Assembly: GCF_009914755.1 (NCBI RefSeq)
Contig: NC_060932.1
Source: the human T2T-CHM13v2.0 reference genome, Homo sapiens
Length of the DNA: 64,000 bases
Reading direction: 5' to 3' (one strand)
In this document: in pieces, positions 35,119-50,342 of the stretch
Numbering within the stretch: position 1 is the first letter of the stretch
How the letters are laid out: each line of letters opens with the position of its first letter
Notes under the pieces: model-generated
Told to the model about the DNA's origin: nothing
The model's database searches: none
The model's input: the letters and a program-made list of their open reading frames with translations, nothing else
Translations under genes and position numbers: made by a program

Positions 35119-38100
35119 AACCCAAGGGGCAAAAGAAGGGATTGGGGGAGGGTGACAAAGAAAGATAAATTTTAGGGGCCAAAATACATTATTCCACAAC
35201 CCTGCACAAATCTCCCTAAGCATTTTTCTCTCCTTTACATAACTTTGCTCACACATCTTCCTCCTATCTGACTAAGATATCTTTGAAGTCAGGAAGTGAC
35301 ACTCACCAGCATTTGCAGTCTTAAAGCCTTATTGGAGCACTCTGCATACCACATGATTGCAGGAGAGAGGAAGAGAATGAAAAAGATCCAGAATATAATA
35401 TTTAATCAGATATTCCATAGACTCCATGGAATACATATTTCTAAGAACTAGTGCACACTACTTTATTGCATTATCTAAATGCAATAAACTCAAGTATACT
35501 ATGCAGACACGCATAATCACACTAGAAAATAGATGGCGTGTGAGATGTTGAATCACGTTTAACCCTGACTGAATTTCTGTGTTCTAAATCTTGGTTTGGC
35601 AACTCCTGATACAGCAAAGTACTGAATGATAGAATTCAAAGGTAATACACATAATATCTTTAAGAAATCTCTTTACTTTAATGGGCCAGGTGGGATTCAG
35701 GAGACAACGTGTAAGTGATCTAATGTTATTAACATACCTTTATCTTCCAATAATGTCCCAATATGCTGAATAATGTATTTTAAGTAAATGCAGATATCTT
35801 TTTTTAAGTATAGAGCATGTTGAGATCCTGGTAATGACAGTTGAGTATTAGAGAATCACAGAAGTTAAAATTTGTTGCCAGATTTGGACACTTGGCTGCC
35901 ACACAGACATCACAGATGACAGACAAGATAATTCATCAACATAATTAAGTGAAATACGCTTCAACAAATTGAACTATCATTAAAAATATAACTTGTGAGA
36001 TTTGATGACTGGGAAAAACTTACAACACAAATTCACTGGCAGGAGACCAGAGTAACCGTGTCATTTTATTTTACATTTTATTTTATTTTATCAAAGTTAT
36101 GCTTGGTTCCAGATCTGTGAGACAATATTTTTAATATGGAAAACAGAACATCAACAAAACAAACAAGAAAATGACTTGCAGCCTTGAAGTATGCTCAGGG
36201 CAAGGTAGTGTGGGTGACCCCCCGATTAAAGAAGCTAAGTCAGAGCTAGAAATCGCTTCATGTTTAAGTATAATAATCAACAAGTCAGAATCACAGCCAA
36301 TAATTAAACTTCTTAGGCAGATGTTTCATCACGACATTCATTTCTGCATATATACTTTCAGGTTGGAAGTAGAAATTCTTAGAGGTCTAACCAATATACA
36401 AAAACAATTCTGAAGACTTTAATTAAAGAAGCACCTTCATACAGTGTTCTCAGATTCAAAAAGTTTTAAAAGGGGCTTGGATTTGGAGGAATGTAGGAAG
36501 CAGACAGATGGATGGGGAGAAAGGAGGATGGTCAAAGAGGCAGAGCCCTTGGCTATGAGAATCAACTTCAACCAGAAAAGATCCACTTTTACTAATTTTA
36601 CGAAGTAGGATTTCACATGAGTTATCTTTAAAGATATCTTCAAAGAAAGTGTTTACTTACTTTAAAAAGAGAGTCCAAAAATCACTGTCCTAAAGAATGG
36701 ATATGTTTTGTTACAAAAGTAGAGGCAACAAGAAATTTGTAGTATAGTGATGTTAAGGAAGAAAACTAACTTCTGAGCTATTGTCTACATTTTTGTTCAT
36801 TTAATTCCATTCTCTCTGAGCCATCCTGGTGCCTCCTGGTTATGAGAACACCCCCTTATCTTACACCATCCAACAAACAGAATCCTGTAATTCCTTTGGT
36901 AGATTTGGGTTTCTGGTTTACGTAACTATTGGCTATGGCAGAAACACCTAGGATGCTATCTCAGTGTGTTTACATGGTTCCTTTTGATTCTAGATTTAGA
37001 TGGTGCCTTTTTGCTTCTTATGCTTGTCACTTATCGGGAACGCAGTTTTACAAGCTAAGGTCTTCTTGACTGTGGTATTATTCCATGTAGAAACGAGCTC
37101 AGCTCCTCCTAGTCACTAAGAGACCAAAGGCTGTAGTAACTCTGTCTCCCTAGCACCTCTCTGGATTTCTATGTGGTCCATGCCTCCTGTAAGCCTAATT
37201 TCAATCTAAAAACTGTGCCTCCTAATTCTGACCTGAATGTGTCCTGGAATATGTGTCAATATTTTCCCATCTCTCCATGGTCCTTCTCATTTCTGTCCGA
37301 GGTTCTATCTTCTGTTGACATGCCCAAGAGTCAGCTCAACCCATTGCATCACCTGTTTTCCTTTATGTTAACTGTATTTCTGAACTCAGCAGTCTTCACA
37401 AGTCCAGAAAAGACTGACTGTAGTCACACTGAAAATATGAGTTAACAGTAGTAATTTTTCTAAATATTTCATAGAAGACATGGAAGAACAGGACCAAATC
37501 CCATACCGTAAAATTTACTACTTAAGAAGAAATCACCATAAAATCAGTCTATCTCCAAAGTTCCACCCTCCCACTAGGCCACCTGGGAGCGTAATTTTTC
37601 TCCACTGATCCCCTATGCAGGGCCCAACTTCAGTAGTTCCTGTTTTCTTTTTCCTGGATTTATTCCCCAATCTCACATGCCTCTGAAAAGAATTTTCAGA
37701 AATTCTTGACAACTATAAAAGGCTTGTACAGTCTAACTGCGTAGTCAGCAGATGAACTTTTAGAGACAATGTTACCTAACTAATAATATCCCACTGATAT
37801 CAAAAACATTGTCATGGTTTTTTCTTCAAATAACACTCATAGATTTTTGCTATTTAAATAACAATGACACATCAGAATTGTTTCACTGTAACAGAGGATT
37901 GAAAAAGCCCAAAATGTTATTGAATGACTGCATTCTTTACTGTCGTGCAGGCTGTCATTTGAATGGCAAACAGGTATCAGTGCTTTTTCAGGACAGCCTC
38001 CCCCAGTGTCCTGTAGAGTCATTCACTTAGCTTTGTTGGCATCCGGCTAAATAGTCTGGTGGCCCCTTATAGAGGAAGCCTGGCTTCCTGCAGCTCCCAG

Positions 38101-38252
38101 CCATGTTGACAACAACGCATGTTCAAACACAGAAGAGGAACTCCCCAGCCTTCCAACACTCTAGACTCTGCATCTTGGGAATGGTTAACTGGACAGGGCC
38201 ACCATCACCAGAGATTTAAGGATCAAAAGAGTAAAAATAAAACCACAAGCAT

Positions 38253-39124
38253 TGCTATGGTCTGAAGGTTTTTTGTCTCGCCCTGAAATTCATATTTTGA
38301 AATCCTAACTTCCCAAGGTGATAGTTATAGGTGGTGGGGCCTTTGGGGAGGTGATTAAGTCATGAGGGTGTCGCTTTCCTGGGATTAGTGCCCTTATAAA
38401 ACAGGCCCAAGGATCACGGCTGACGGGAGGCAGGACTAGACTGCAGCTCTGGACAGAGCAGCATGCAGAGGCTTGCGTTGTAAATTTCAGCTCCAGATCG
38501 ACTGCAAGAGCAAACCAGCAATCCCGAGAGGACCCACAGACCCTCTGAAGGAAGCGAACTGTTCCTGCAGGACCCGGGAGACACCTCAAGTATTGTGACT
38601 GCCCCAACTGCGGAAGTGGGAAAGGGAAACCGAACACACACCACTACTGGAGAAGTTGAAGATCTGTTTGCGGGAAAAGTTTCCAACTTTACCTGGAGTT
38701 GAGTCAAGTGAGAGAGCCAAGCCTAGCAATTTGAACAGGCGAGAAGCCTCCTGGCCAGAACTCAGGGGAGGGCGCGAATCTGGTGTACAGACTTCACAGG
38801 CACGGGAAGAACTAAAGCCCTTTTCTCTCGCAGCTGGGAGGTGGATAGCCTCGGGCAAAGTTTCAAGCCCCTCTCGCCCTCTGCCTGGAAACAGGCTGTT
38901 GGGGGAGGGTACGGTGGGGGAGGTTACATTTATCCCTTCCACCATATAAGGACACAGTGAGAAAGTGCCACCTATTAAACAGAAAGCAAGCCCTCACCAA
39001 ATACCAAATCTGCTGGTGCCTTGATCTTCGATTTCCCAGCCTCCAGATTTGTGAGAAATAAATTTGTCGTTTATGACACCCCGTTTATGGTATTTTGTTA
39101 GAGCAGCCCAAATGGACTAAGACC
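38253..39124 (+). mobile_element. MLT1A0-like solo LTR interrupted by an L1 5'UTR fragment
   Basis: 'tgctatggtctgaagg...gtgcccttataaaa' and 'ccttccaccatataaggacacag...aatggactaagac'. TSD agcat at 38248-38252 and 39125-39129. Confidence 0.9.
38411..38920 (+). mobile_element. Isolated L1PB(a)-type 5'UTR fragment
   Basis: Starts 'ggatcacggctgacgggaggcaggactagactgcagctc', matching the recalled L1PBa 5' end. CpG-containing, with no ORF, 3'UTR or poly-A. Confidence 0.75.
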
Positions 39125-39373
39125 AGCATTAGTAAACCTGATTACTTTCTCTAAGAAGGGGATTGGGACCATCAGAAAACAAATGAGATAATTCAGCAAG
39201 AACATTGATGATGCTGGATGCTATGAATATCTAGTAGATACGTGCAACCCCTTCCCATTGGGCTCTAAAGTTGAAATTAAAATAATGTGCCAAAGTTCTT
39301 TATATGGCATCTGGGACTCATTTACAAGTGATTACAAATAAACAGATTTGTTTTCTAAAAAGTTAATCAACTA

Positions 39374-39492
39374 GGCCGGGCATGGTGGCTCAGGCCTGTA
39401 ATCCCAGCACTTTGGGATGTCAAAGCACGAGGGTCACTTGAGCCCAGGAGTTCAAGACCAGCCTAAGCAACATGGCAAAACCCCAGCAAAAT
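39374..39492 (+). mobile_element. FLAM_C / Alu left monomer
   Basis: 'ggccgggcatggtggctcaggcctgtaatcccagc...gagcccaggagttcaagaccagcc'. Confidence 0.82.
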
Positions 39493-39644
39493 ACATATAT
39501 GTATATATATATACCTACATGACCTATCTATCAGGTTGCAATAATTGTAAGGACTCCCTACAGCTTAAATATCACACTGGAAAACAATTTGGCAAATTGA
39601 TTTATCAAAAACAAAAGCCAGAAGTAGGACTGACCACATATTGA

Positions 39645-40072
<428 letters not shown>

Positions 40073-40399
40073 TGATGTTTCGATTCATGGCTGAAACAGG
40101 TCCACAGAGATGGGCTTATATGCGTGTAGTTAAAGCTTCAAAGTGAAATGCGAGTTCTCTATCAGGGAGAGCTGACTATGGACTTCAAGATATTTGGGAA
40201 AAGATCTGTGTCTATTCTGACATGGGTCCTTGAACAGACTTCATGGAGTAGTATCTGAGTCCTGGGTACAACGGTAGATGCAGAAAAGGCAGAGGGTGGC
40301 GTGACCCTATGTCTCCGTGGGGCCTCGGGAGCCCTGGATGCATTGTTTTAACAGCTTCTTGACAAGCATAGAGCTAGGTGTGTGAGCTGGGGTGGGACT

Positions 40400-40700
40400 C
40401 TCTATGAAGGCAGTGGCGGAGAGAGCGTGACTTCAGGAAACTACCCAGGGAACAGGGCGACGCCAGCGGAAGTGGCAGGCGCCCCCTCAGCTTCACAGGC
40501 AGAGAGGTCTGGATCTCCAGTCTCTGTGGAGATGGCCAGTTACAGGGACACACCTGGGAAAAATTAATCCCCCCAGCCAGGGTAGATAAAGGAAAGGCTC
40601 CAGGTTGTAAGTGAAACCCCTCTTGAGAAGAACCGGAGCGAGGATGGCAGGTGGCCCCAGCACAGAGGCAGGAAAGAAGTCTGTAGGCTGCAGCTGCTGC
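40400..40700. promoter_or_regulatory. Candidate regulatory element (ETS site next to a CTCF-like half motif)
   Basis: Local CpG cluster. GCGGAAGTG at 40466-40474 and GGCGCCCCCT at 40478-40487 (reverse complement AGGGGGCGCC, 3' part of the CTCF core). Motif evidence only. Confidence 0.3.
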
Positions 40701-42279
40701 CAGAGTTTGTATGGGCTCCAAAAGTGGTGTCAGTAGCAAATAGTCAACAGGTCTTAGAAACTGATAAAGAAAAGGCAGGAAACGTAAAGAAAAAGGGGAA
40801 GAAGGTAGAGAGTTGAGCCAAGTGAGAATTACCGTCAATAATAAAAGTGAGGTTGAGGCTTTGTTGGAAAATCCTCCCTTGTGCCCTAATGGTATTTTCT
40901 TGTCTCTCCCAGCACCAGACAGCCTCCCACTTCCCCAGCCTGGGCCTGAAGTCCCAAACGCTTTCCCCTACAACACGCCTTGTTTCATATTCCCTCCTTC
41001 CCACGTATTGTTAGCGATAGCCAAGTCTCACCATGTTACCTTCTCATTTATCTGATCTTCAACAAAAGACTCTTGAAAATACAAAACTTTCATCCTCAGG
41101 GGTAAGTTTATATCATGGTATGTCAGTCTTTGTAGCAGGTTGGTGAAGACAGAGTTTCCTTCAAAATCCACACTGAAGAATTGCTTGCTACATTTGTATA
41201 TTAAAGCATGTCTCCTTAGGCCAGCCCAATTTGGGGTTTAAAATAGAGCTGTTCAAACAGTAGGCAAGTGTGAATCCCTCACTCCGCGATCCGTCTGCAG
41301 TTATAGCCCATCCCGTTAGAAAGCATCCCCATCCCCAATTACTTCTGTGATGTTTTTTGGGGGGTTGGGGACTCATATCCTGTCTGTGCCTGTCATTTTA
41401 TTGCTATCTTGTTCCTGGTCCCTTTAGTGAGGGACACAGCCTGCTGCCTCCAAGCTACTGAAGGCTCCACCCACTGTCATGAATGCTGGAGTCACTTCCT
41501 ACCACTGGGATCGTACCCTGTGGACATTTTAATTGGTTCTAAACCCAAAAAAAATGTAATTAGTTCTGTGCTATTTCTTTATTTGTACCTTACCTACTTC
41601 CAGAAAGATTTAAAATTTTAAAAATACGTACGAGGAAACTAGATAACAAGTAGGAAGTGAGTTTATAGAAACATAATGTTAGAAAGAGAAAAAATGAAGC
41701 TATAAGTGAAATTAATGCATAGAATGCATGCCATATAATCACGTGCACTTGCTTGGGGTGGCCTGAATATTTATCTCTGAGCTGTCTAGCAGCCACTTCA
41801 AAAAAGTGAATCATAAACAAAATCTATTTCATCCTCAGTATCTGAAATCTGAGAAACATCTCCTATGGATAGAGCTTTATAAGGAAGTTTCTCTTTAATT
41901 TAGTACCCTTAATCTTTACCATTACTCTTATAGTAAAAACAAGAATATTCATAAGGTCATTTGTAATATTGCTTCAAAGTGTATTTATGACATGTTATAT
42001 AAACAGAGTTCAGTAATTTCACTGTAGGAGGAAAAAAACTATAGGTTTAAGTTTCAGACGAAAATCAAAGTGAGTATCTAGGAAATGGCCTGCAAAATTT
42101 TCAGGCATAATTCCATAATTTCCATAAATCTTATTTCAGAATGCTCTAGAATCAGGGTAACCCTTCTTGACAAGGACTTACACATGCAGATATTCTGTGT
42201 TGCCATTTAAAAGCTGACACATAAACTTCAGGCTCAGTCAGCTGAGCCAGGAGTGACGTTAACAGATTCTTACAAGTTG

Positions 42280-42565
42280 AGCCGGGCACAGTGGTTCATG
42301 TCTGTAATCGGGAGGCCAAGGTGGGCGGATCACCTGAGGTCAGGAGTTTGAAACCAGCCTGGCCAACATGACGAGACCCCATCTCTACTAAAAATACAAA
42401 AATTAGCCAAGTGTGGTGGTGCGTGCCTGTAATCCCAGCTACTCAGGAGACTGAGGCAGGAGAATCACTTGAACATGGGAGGTGGAGATTGCGGTAAGCC
42501 CAGATCCCGCCAGTGCACTCCAGCCTGGGTGACAGAGTGAGACTCTGTCTCAAAAAAAAAAAAAA
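42280..42565 (+). mobile_element. AluSx
   Basis: Dimer with a short 5' internal deletion and an A tail. Confidence 0.9.
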
Positions 42566-43821
42566 GGGGGCACCTAAAAAGGTCACATACAGAATAGAAA
42601 GCCTCAGTTCCTACACGGAGGAGGGCAGAGAGTACAGGGGGACACAGACAAGGTTTTCTACTCTAGTACACAGAAAAAGAAGTAGCTGGGTCTCAAAGCT
42701 CTGTTATTCAGAACATAGAAACAATAATCTTTGCAGGGAAATTGATTTACTAATATCTCAGCAAAACAAAAAAAACAAAACCACCTCATTAAAACACCAG
42801 TTAAGCACCCAACTTTAAGTAGTGTAAGTATCTATCAAACCACTAAGATCATTGGCTGAATTGGCCTCAGTGTAATTAACTGGATTTACCTGTTTTATAG
42901 GGTTGTTAACTATAAGCCAGTTGTAGGTTGGAGGAGTCTATTAAAAATTAAGAGGTTTTTTTGTTTCCGAAGACCCTCTTTCTGGAAATACTTTCAAAGG
43001 GAAGCCAGTTTTCAACTAAGGTCATTCATTGTTCATAAAACTAAACCACGTGATCTGCATATAATAAAATGATTAGACTTATTTTCAGGGACCAAGGGTG
43101 TGAATTTTATTGAGTCATTTTCAATTTAGGTATATTCAACTGAAAAGTAAGCATTTTGTTCCTACCTAAACTTTCCAGAAAATGCAGAACCCTTGCAAGC
43201 CCAATAAAAAGTGAGTACTTTTATTTTAAAGCATATCAACAATTCAAATGTAAAAATTCCATGTTAAAAGAAAAGCAATAATAAACCCCATCAGAAGGTG
43301 CTGGTAAGATATTGTGGTTTGACTTTGAGCTTAAGAAAATAAAAGAACAAACTAGTTCCAGGGGAAAGAAGGGCTGTTTATGTATTTTATTGTTAACTAT
43401 TTTGGCAGACGGGAATGTTTCTTTGGTGACAAGCTCAGAGCCATGTCAATCTGCAGTTAGACCACTGCCTCCCCAATTTCATCAAATTTGTGGCGCAAAG
43501 TCAGAGACTTGATAAGGCTTGGTGGGGAAAGGGCTTAACCTTTAATCTATGAACCTGCTAAACTGCTTGAGAACAGGATGTGTCAGCTTTCTGTTATTTG
43601 ATCCCATTTCACCATCTGTCCATCTTTACCAATGCAAAACAGAAGAAGCCAATGTATCTTAAATACGATGCCCTGGGAAAATGTAAAACAGAAAGATGGA
43701 AATTGACCCTCTATTTGTGCCTCCATCTGCAAACTCTTTCATTTTGGCATCAATTCTGGAGTCAAATTTCTATTCATCCCAGACAGCTCTACCGTTATCT
43801 CAGTATCATTTATTATACAAC

Positions 43822-44104
43822 TTTTTTTTCTTTTGAGATAGGGTCTCCCTCTGTTTCCCAGTGGTGCCATCTTGGCTCACTGCAGCCTCTACCTCCCGGG
43901 CCCAGGCAATCCTCCCACCTCAGCTTCCAAGAGTAGCTGGGACCACAGGTGTGTGCCACTGTGCTGGCTAATTTTTGTATTTTTAGTAGAAAGGGGGTTT
44001 TGCCACGTTGGCCAGGCTGGTCTCGAACTCCTGGCCTTGAGCAATCCACCCGCCTCAGCCTCCCAAAGTGCTAGGATTACAGGAGTGAGCTACCACACCC
44101 AGCC
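43822..44104 (-). mobile_element. AluJb
   Basis: 'cactgcagcctctacctcccgggcccaggcaatcctcccacc' J-type right arm. Confidence 0.88.
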
Positions 44105-46509
44105 ACTTATTATATGACCATTAAAGCCAGATATTTCAGATTATGAAACTTTGTTTCCATAACAGATGATTTCAACATCATTTATGGTTTATGGCTTAGG
44201 AGGAGGAAATCACATAATTTAGTCCAAGCACTACAGATATAATTTTATTCTTGCCAGTAAAGAAACTGAATAGTGAGAAATTCAGGCTCTTTCTCCAGAC
44301 CCCCCAGAGAAGGAAAACATTTTCAAACAATCCAGAATAAAGCCACAAAAATGGGTTCAAAAAACACTGGAGACACAATGACAAAATAGAAAACAGAATT
44401 GTTCCTTAGAAAATGAACCATCAAGCTGTAAACATCAAATGAATAGTTTAATGTTGCTACTCTAAAATGTGTATTACAAGATGAAACAGGAATCTTGACT
44501 GAAAATATGGATAAAATCTGGAAATGTAATGAACACAGTATTTTGCAAAGTCATTTTAGATAAAGGCCTTCAATAATTACAACTTCCAACTCATAGGCTG
44601 TAGTTAAAAATCCATGACAGGACTAACATCAGCCATCCCTGACACACTTCCGATAGATATGTAAAACCCAAGACTCTCATACTCCCTCCTCAGATACAAC
44701 TCATGTAGAAAAAATAAATGTCAGGAGAGCAGAAGACCTTTCAACTAGATAGAACACTGTGTTAGAATGAGAATTAAGGGAATTTGATTCTGACATGACC
44801 CCATCAAATCCCAGACCTCATTTTGCTGATAGAGATCGAAGAAAAAAGCAAAAAGGTTGAATCTACACTTGTGTGCTAGTAAAAATTTCATCGCAAGTTT
44901 TACAGAGAGAACAACTGACATTTGGAAACATATAGGGAACGTGGCTGAAATGCCAAATAGAAGTCTGCAAGATTAAACTGACTTCCAGCAGGTATGTAAG
45001 CAGCCATAAGCAGAGTAAAAACTCACTATTAGGAAATCCTTTCTTCCTATCAGCAGCATATCTCTACCTGAGCCATCACACTTGTTAAATGGGAATACCG
45101 TATTCAAGAAAAAATACCTAGAGCAGACAAAGTTCTGACAGCTGAGGCCCAGTGTTCCCATGAAGATCTTAGTCTTAGCAATTGTGCAAAAGACAGTGCT
45201 CAGACTGGGGTAACATGAGGTAAAAAGAGGTCGTGAGCTTTATGAATCATTTTCTAAACTAAATCATATTTCTGTTAACAGGCTTTTAGGTCTTAGTTTT
45301 TAAAATGTTTCAAGAATGTTCAAAAACTTTCCATTTTTCAGTACTGGGTAACTTAAGAAGAACTGCAGGTTCACATATACTCAGATTGCTCTTCCGTTCC
45401 TATGGGGTCCCAATACCCATGTCAGAGTTGAATAAATAATTTTACAAGTGAAACTTATCAGAGTTGCTCATAATTAATATTGTTCCCAAGTAATTAGCCA
45501 AAAGAAAAAAGTAGTTGTTAGAGTGTGTTATGGAAATATTTATTTAGCACCCAACAAACCTTGCTGCATGGCTATGTGTTGGGCCCTGGCGCTCTGATAA
45601 TGAGCCCCTTCCCTCAATGCCTTAGGAGCTGCTTTGCAGACAGACGCTAATCATGTTCAGTGGCAATGACAAGACAGCGTTGCCTCCTTCCTGTAATCAA
45701 CACAATCCTGTGTCTTATGAAAAAAGGAAGAGTGCAAAAGCGGTTAAATAAGGATGTCCTAGAAATGACATACAAAAATAGACTTAACATGATTTCCGTA
45801 AATAAAATGGGACATTGAGAGCAAAGTGCTTAATCTGGAGTTTTGTAGGAGAAGGATCTAAATCTGTGGTTTCAGCCCTTTGCACAACCCCATTACCAGC
45901 TAATGTCACCCAAGACACAGCAGTAGAGATATGAAAGAACATCTTAAGAGGTAGGAGGCAGGGAACTTCAGAAGTCTTTTGCCCAGTCAATAACAAAGGA
46001 GAGAGGAGTTAGGTGTTACTGACCTCCAGAAAAACCACCAAGAGACATGTTGGTAAAGACATGACAGTCACTAAGAAAACTTAAGGCTAAACCCATTTAA
46101 AATCCAATAAACACCAAGGAGGGCTGTTGCTCTGGACTTTCACAGCTTCTTAGAACCTGCAACTTTTTCAGGTAGCTAATTGCTTCTTCCTATCTGCTTC
46201 CCCAGAAAGGAAGCCCCCAAATGCCCCAGAAGACAGACCTAAGTAAGTGAGAGAGTATGTTTGAGAAGACACTCAGGAATTACCCCGAGCATGCCTTGTG
46301 TCCAATGTGCACTTATAATGTGGCTATTGAGTAATATAAAGATGTAACTTAAATGTAAAATATACACCAGATTTCAAAGACTTAATATGAAAGAAAAAAA
46401 CAGAAATATAACAGAAAGAACAACAGATACAGAAGTGAGCAAAATAATATTTTTCCCCCAAAAGGTACATACTTTTTGGTGTGGAATAGATGGATAATAA
46501 ACAAAAACC

Positions 46510-46635
46510 AGCCAGGCACAGTGGCTCGTGCCTGTAATCCCAGCACTGTGAGGCCGAGGTGGGAGGATTGCTTGAGGCCAGGAGTTCAAGATTAGCCTGG
46601 GCAAAACAGTAAGACCCCAAATCTAAAAACAAAAG
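46510..46635 (+). mobile_element. FLAM_C monomer
   Basis: 'gggaggattgcttgaggccaggagttcaag...cctgggcaa', single monomer. Confidence 0.82.
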
Positions 46636-47208
46636 CCAAAACCTGTGTAGCATAATGCCAGGTGAGGAGAAGTTTAGAAAATACAAAGTGGGTAAAGGAA
46701 TAGAAAAGAGTGGGGTCAGGGAACACTCTTCAGATAGCAGGGCCCAGGACAGCCTTTCTGGAAAGTTGACACTTGAGCAAAAGCACAGGATGCCCCATCT
46801 AGCACCCTTGAGTACAAGGACAAATACCAAGCCTTCATGCACCCCAGCTCCCATCCAGAGAGGCACAAAGGTGGCCATCTCCTTGACACTGGCTGGAAAC
46901 ACCCCGGGAAGCAACTCAGCAATTGTCTATAGTCTTCACACTCTGCAGTCCTCTGGAGAAAATAATAGTGGAAGCTACAAAAACATCTCACCCTTGAAAA
47001 GACTGCCTTGTGGCCGAACATTAAAACATTTTCCTAGATTTACTAAAAACAAAAGACCGACTAGAGCTTTTGGAGTCCCCTGTCCTAGACACATGCCTAT
47101 GCTGAAATATTTTTCTCAGTATTAGAAATAATAAGAATTGTTATAATTACCTAGTTAAATTTTTTCCTAAAAAATAGAAGAAATAACCGAGCAGTAACCA
47201 AAGTTTAA

Positions 47209-47535
<327 letters not shown>

Positions 47536-47934
47536 CACTAGCATTATTTTTAAATAGCTATATTTTAAATTCTGATGAAGCTAATAAGATGTTCGAATTT
47601 AACAAGATAGAAGAGTTTAAAATGAAAAACAACAATTCTTTTTTTCAGGCCTCCATAATCTCAATTCTGTGTATCAGAGGCACTATATTAACTATGATAA
47701 TTTTTTTATTTTTAGTTTTTCTGATAGTTACCAGCTCTCTAAATAACAGGCTTAAATCACTATAGTTTGATACATCAAGTCTCAACACCTATGGACTTTC
47801 TAAGGCACGACAACCTTCCTCTCTCCTCCCCTCCTGCCACTGAAGGTAAGAATCGTTCCTTCCTCTTTTGATTATCTTTTAACTTAAATACTGCATATAA
47901 ATATGCAAATATCTCTTGAGCTCTCACGTGGTAA

Positions 47935-48279
<345 letters not shown>

Positions 48280-48329
48280 TCTTTCTTCTTTTCTCCCCAC
48301 CTTACCTTATAACTTCCAGCACTACTTTA

Positions 48330-49490
48330 AGTACCTTGACTTACTTTTTCTTGTCAGTTTTGATAACACTTTCTTTTTGTGTGTGTATACATAATCAAGT
48401 CTTCTTTCCCTTGTTATTTGATCTGAAAATTTGAAAATCAGCAAACAGTATTTATGTTATTATGACTATGTAATATTATTGTCTGTACAGCCAAGTATTA
48501 TTATTACATTCCAAATTTTCGTGTTCTTTAAGAGTTTCTCCTCCTCCTCCTCCTCTCCCTTTTCCTATTTCTCCTCTTTCTTCTGCTTCAGTTGCTTCTT
48601 TGCATTGCTTGCCTTTATCAAATCTTTACTTTTCCAGTTTCTCAAAGATCCCACAAATCGTCAGCCTCCCATTTTTCCAGATCTTTCCCTCTTTGTGCCT
48701 CCATCTAGACTGAGGGTCTGCAGATATGCTCCTTAGCTATGATGCGGGAACCTTATTTTGTTATTCCTCTGAGATGGACCCCATGCCTTCTTTCTTGATT
48801 TACTCCCTTCTTTAGCTGGACTATGTCCTCCAAGTAACTCCCTAAGAAACTATATGGAACAAGTAAACCTAAATCCTACATACCTGAAGAGCTGTTCATT
48901 CTACCCTCATTCTTGATTGAGAGCTTTGCTGAGTATATAATGTGAGATTGAAAATAGTTTTACCTTGTAACTTAGAATGTGCATTCCAGCTGGGTGCAGT
49001 GGCTCACGCCTGTAATCCCAGCAGCTTGGGAGGCCAAGGCAGGAGGATCGCTTGAGGCCAGGAGTTCAAGAACTGCTTGTGCCACGCCCAGGAACTCAAA
49101 GCTGCAGTGAGGTAAGATCGCATCACTACACTCCGGCCTGGGCAACACGGGGCAGCTCTGTCTCTTAAAAAAGAAAAGAAGAGGAAGTTCATACCAGTAT
49201 TTCTTAGAAATCCAGGGTTGCTGAGGGGAAGTTCAAAAGATGGTCTGATTTTTGTTCTTTTATAAGTGACCTTGTTTTTTTGCTTATTTGTTTTCTTTAT
49301 CTCTGGAAATTTCTTGTTCTCTTTTAATATTTTTCTGGAAACTTTACAGTGGTAAGTTGAAATGAGTCTATTATCTATTCATTGTTCTGGGAAACTAGTG
49401 TCATTCAGCTGTAGGAAAACCTATTTTGTTATTTCTCGAAATATTTCCTCCCACCCATTTTTTCTGTACTGTCTTCCGAGATTCCTATTA
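48330..49490 (-). mobile_element. Very old L1ME/HAL1-like fragment containing an internally deleted AluJ (about 48988-49185, + strand)
   Basis: Antisense ORF1-like 'ttgattgagagctttgctgagtatataa...ttgctgaggggaagttc...tctgatttttgttcttttataagtgacc'. Confidence 0.55.
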
Positions 49491-49491
49491 T

Positions 49492-49770
49492 AGGTTGCAC
49501 ATTCCTAAAATCCTGAAAATCTGAAATCCAAAATGCTCTAAAATCTGAAACTTTTTGAATGCCAACATGATGCCACTAGTGGAAAGCTGAAAGTTTCACA
49601 CCTGACCTCATGTGATGAGTCGCAGTAGAAACACAGGCACGTAACACAAAGTTTATTCAGCATTTCCAGAGGGAAAAAGATCTTCCCAGCTCCCTTTAGT
49701 GTCATTATCTTTTCCGCACACTCCCAGAATCCCCCATGCAAGCACGCCCACAGGAAGATAAAGCCCCACC
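49492..49770. mobile_element. Tigger4 (Zombi) DNA transposon fragment
   Basis: 'aatcctgaaaatctgaaatccaaaatgctctaaaatctgaaactttttgaatgccaacatgatgcc...cacacctgacctcatgtgatg'. Confidence 0.8.
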
Positions 49771-49990
49771 TGCCAGTGGTTCACCACCAAAATACAATTG
49801 CGTTTGTTTTTAAATGTGCCAATTTTAGTTGCTATTTTAATTACAAAACAAACATGTTATATACCCGTAAAATACAAAGGCAAAAAATAAAAGACAAATC
49901 GCTTAAAAATACTGTCAAATCAGTTGTTGGTGATGAGCTAGAAAAATTGGTATGGGAGAAGTTTTAAAAATCTAAACAGATTCTGCACTC

Positions 49991-50342
<352 letters not shown>

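Noticed and set aside
41575-42230. Possible ancient LINE (L4/CR1-like) 3' end
   Set aside because: Only a short motif resembles the recalled consensus, too weak to call without an HMM search.
46324-47125. 196-aa and 156-aa ORFs
   Set aside because: They run through FLAM and L2-like sequence, with no recognisable domain or exon structure.
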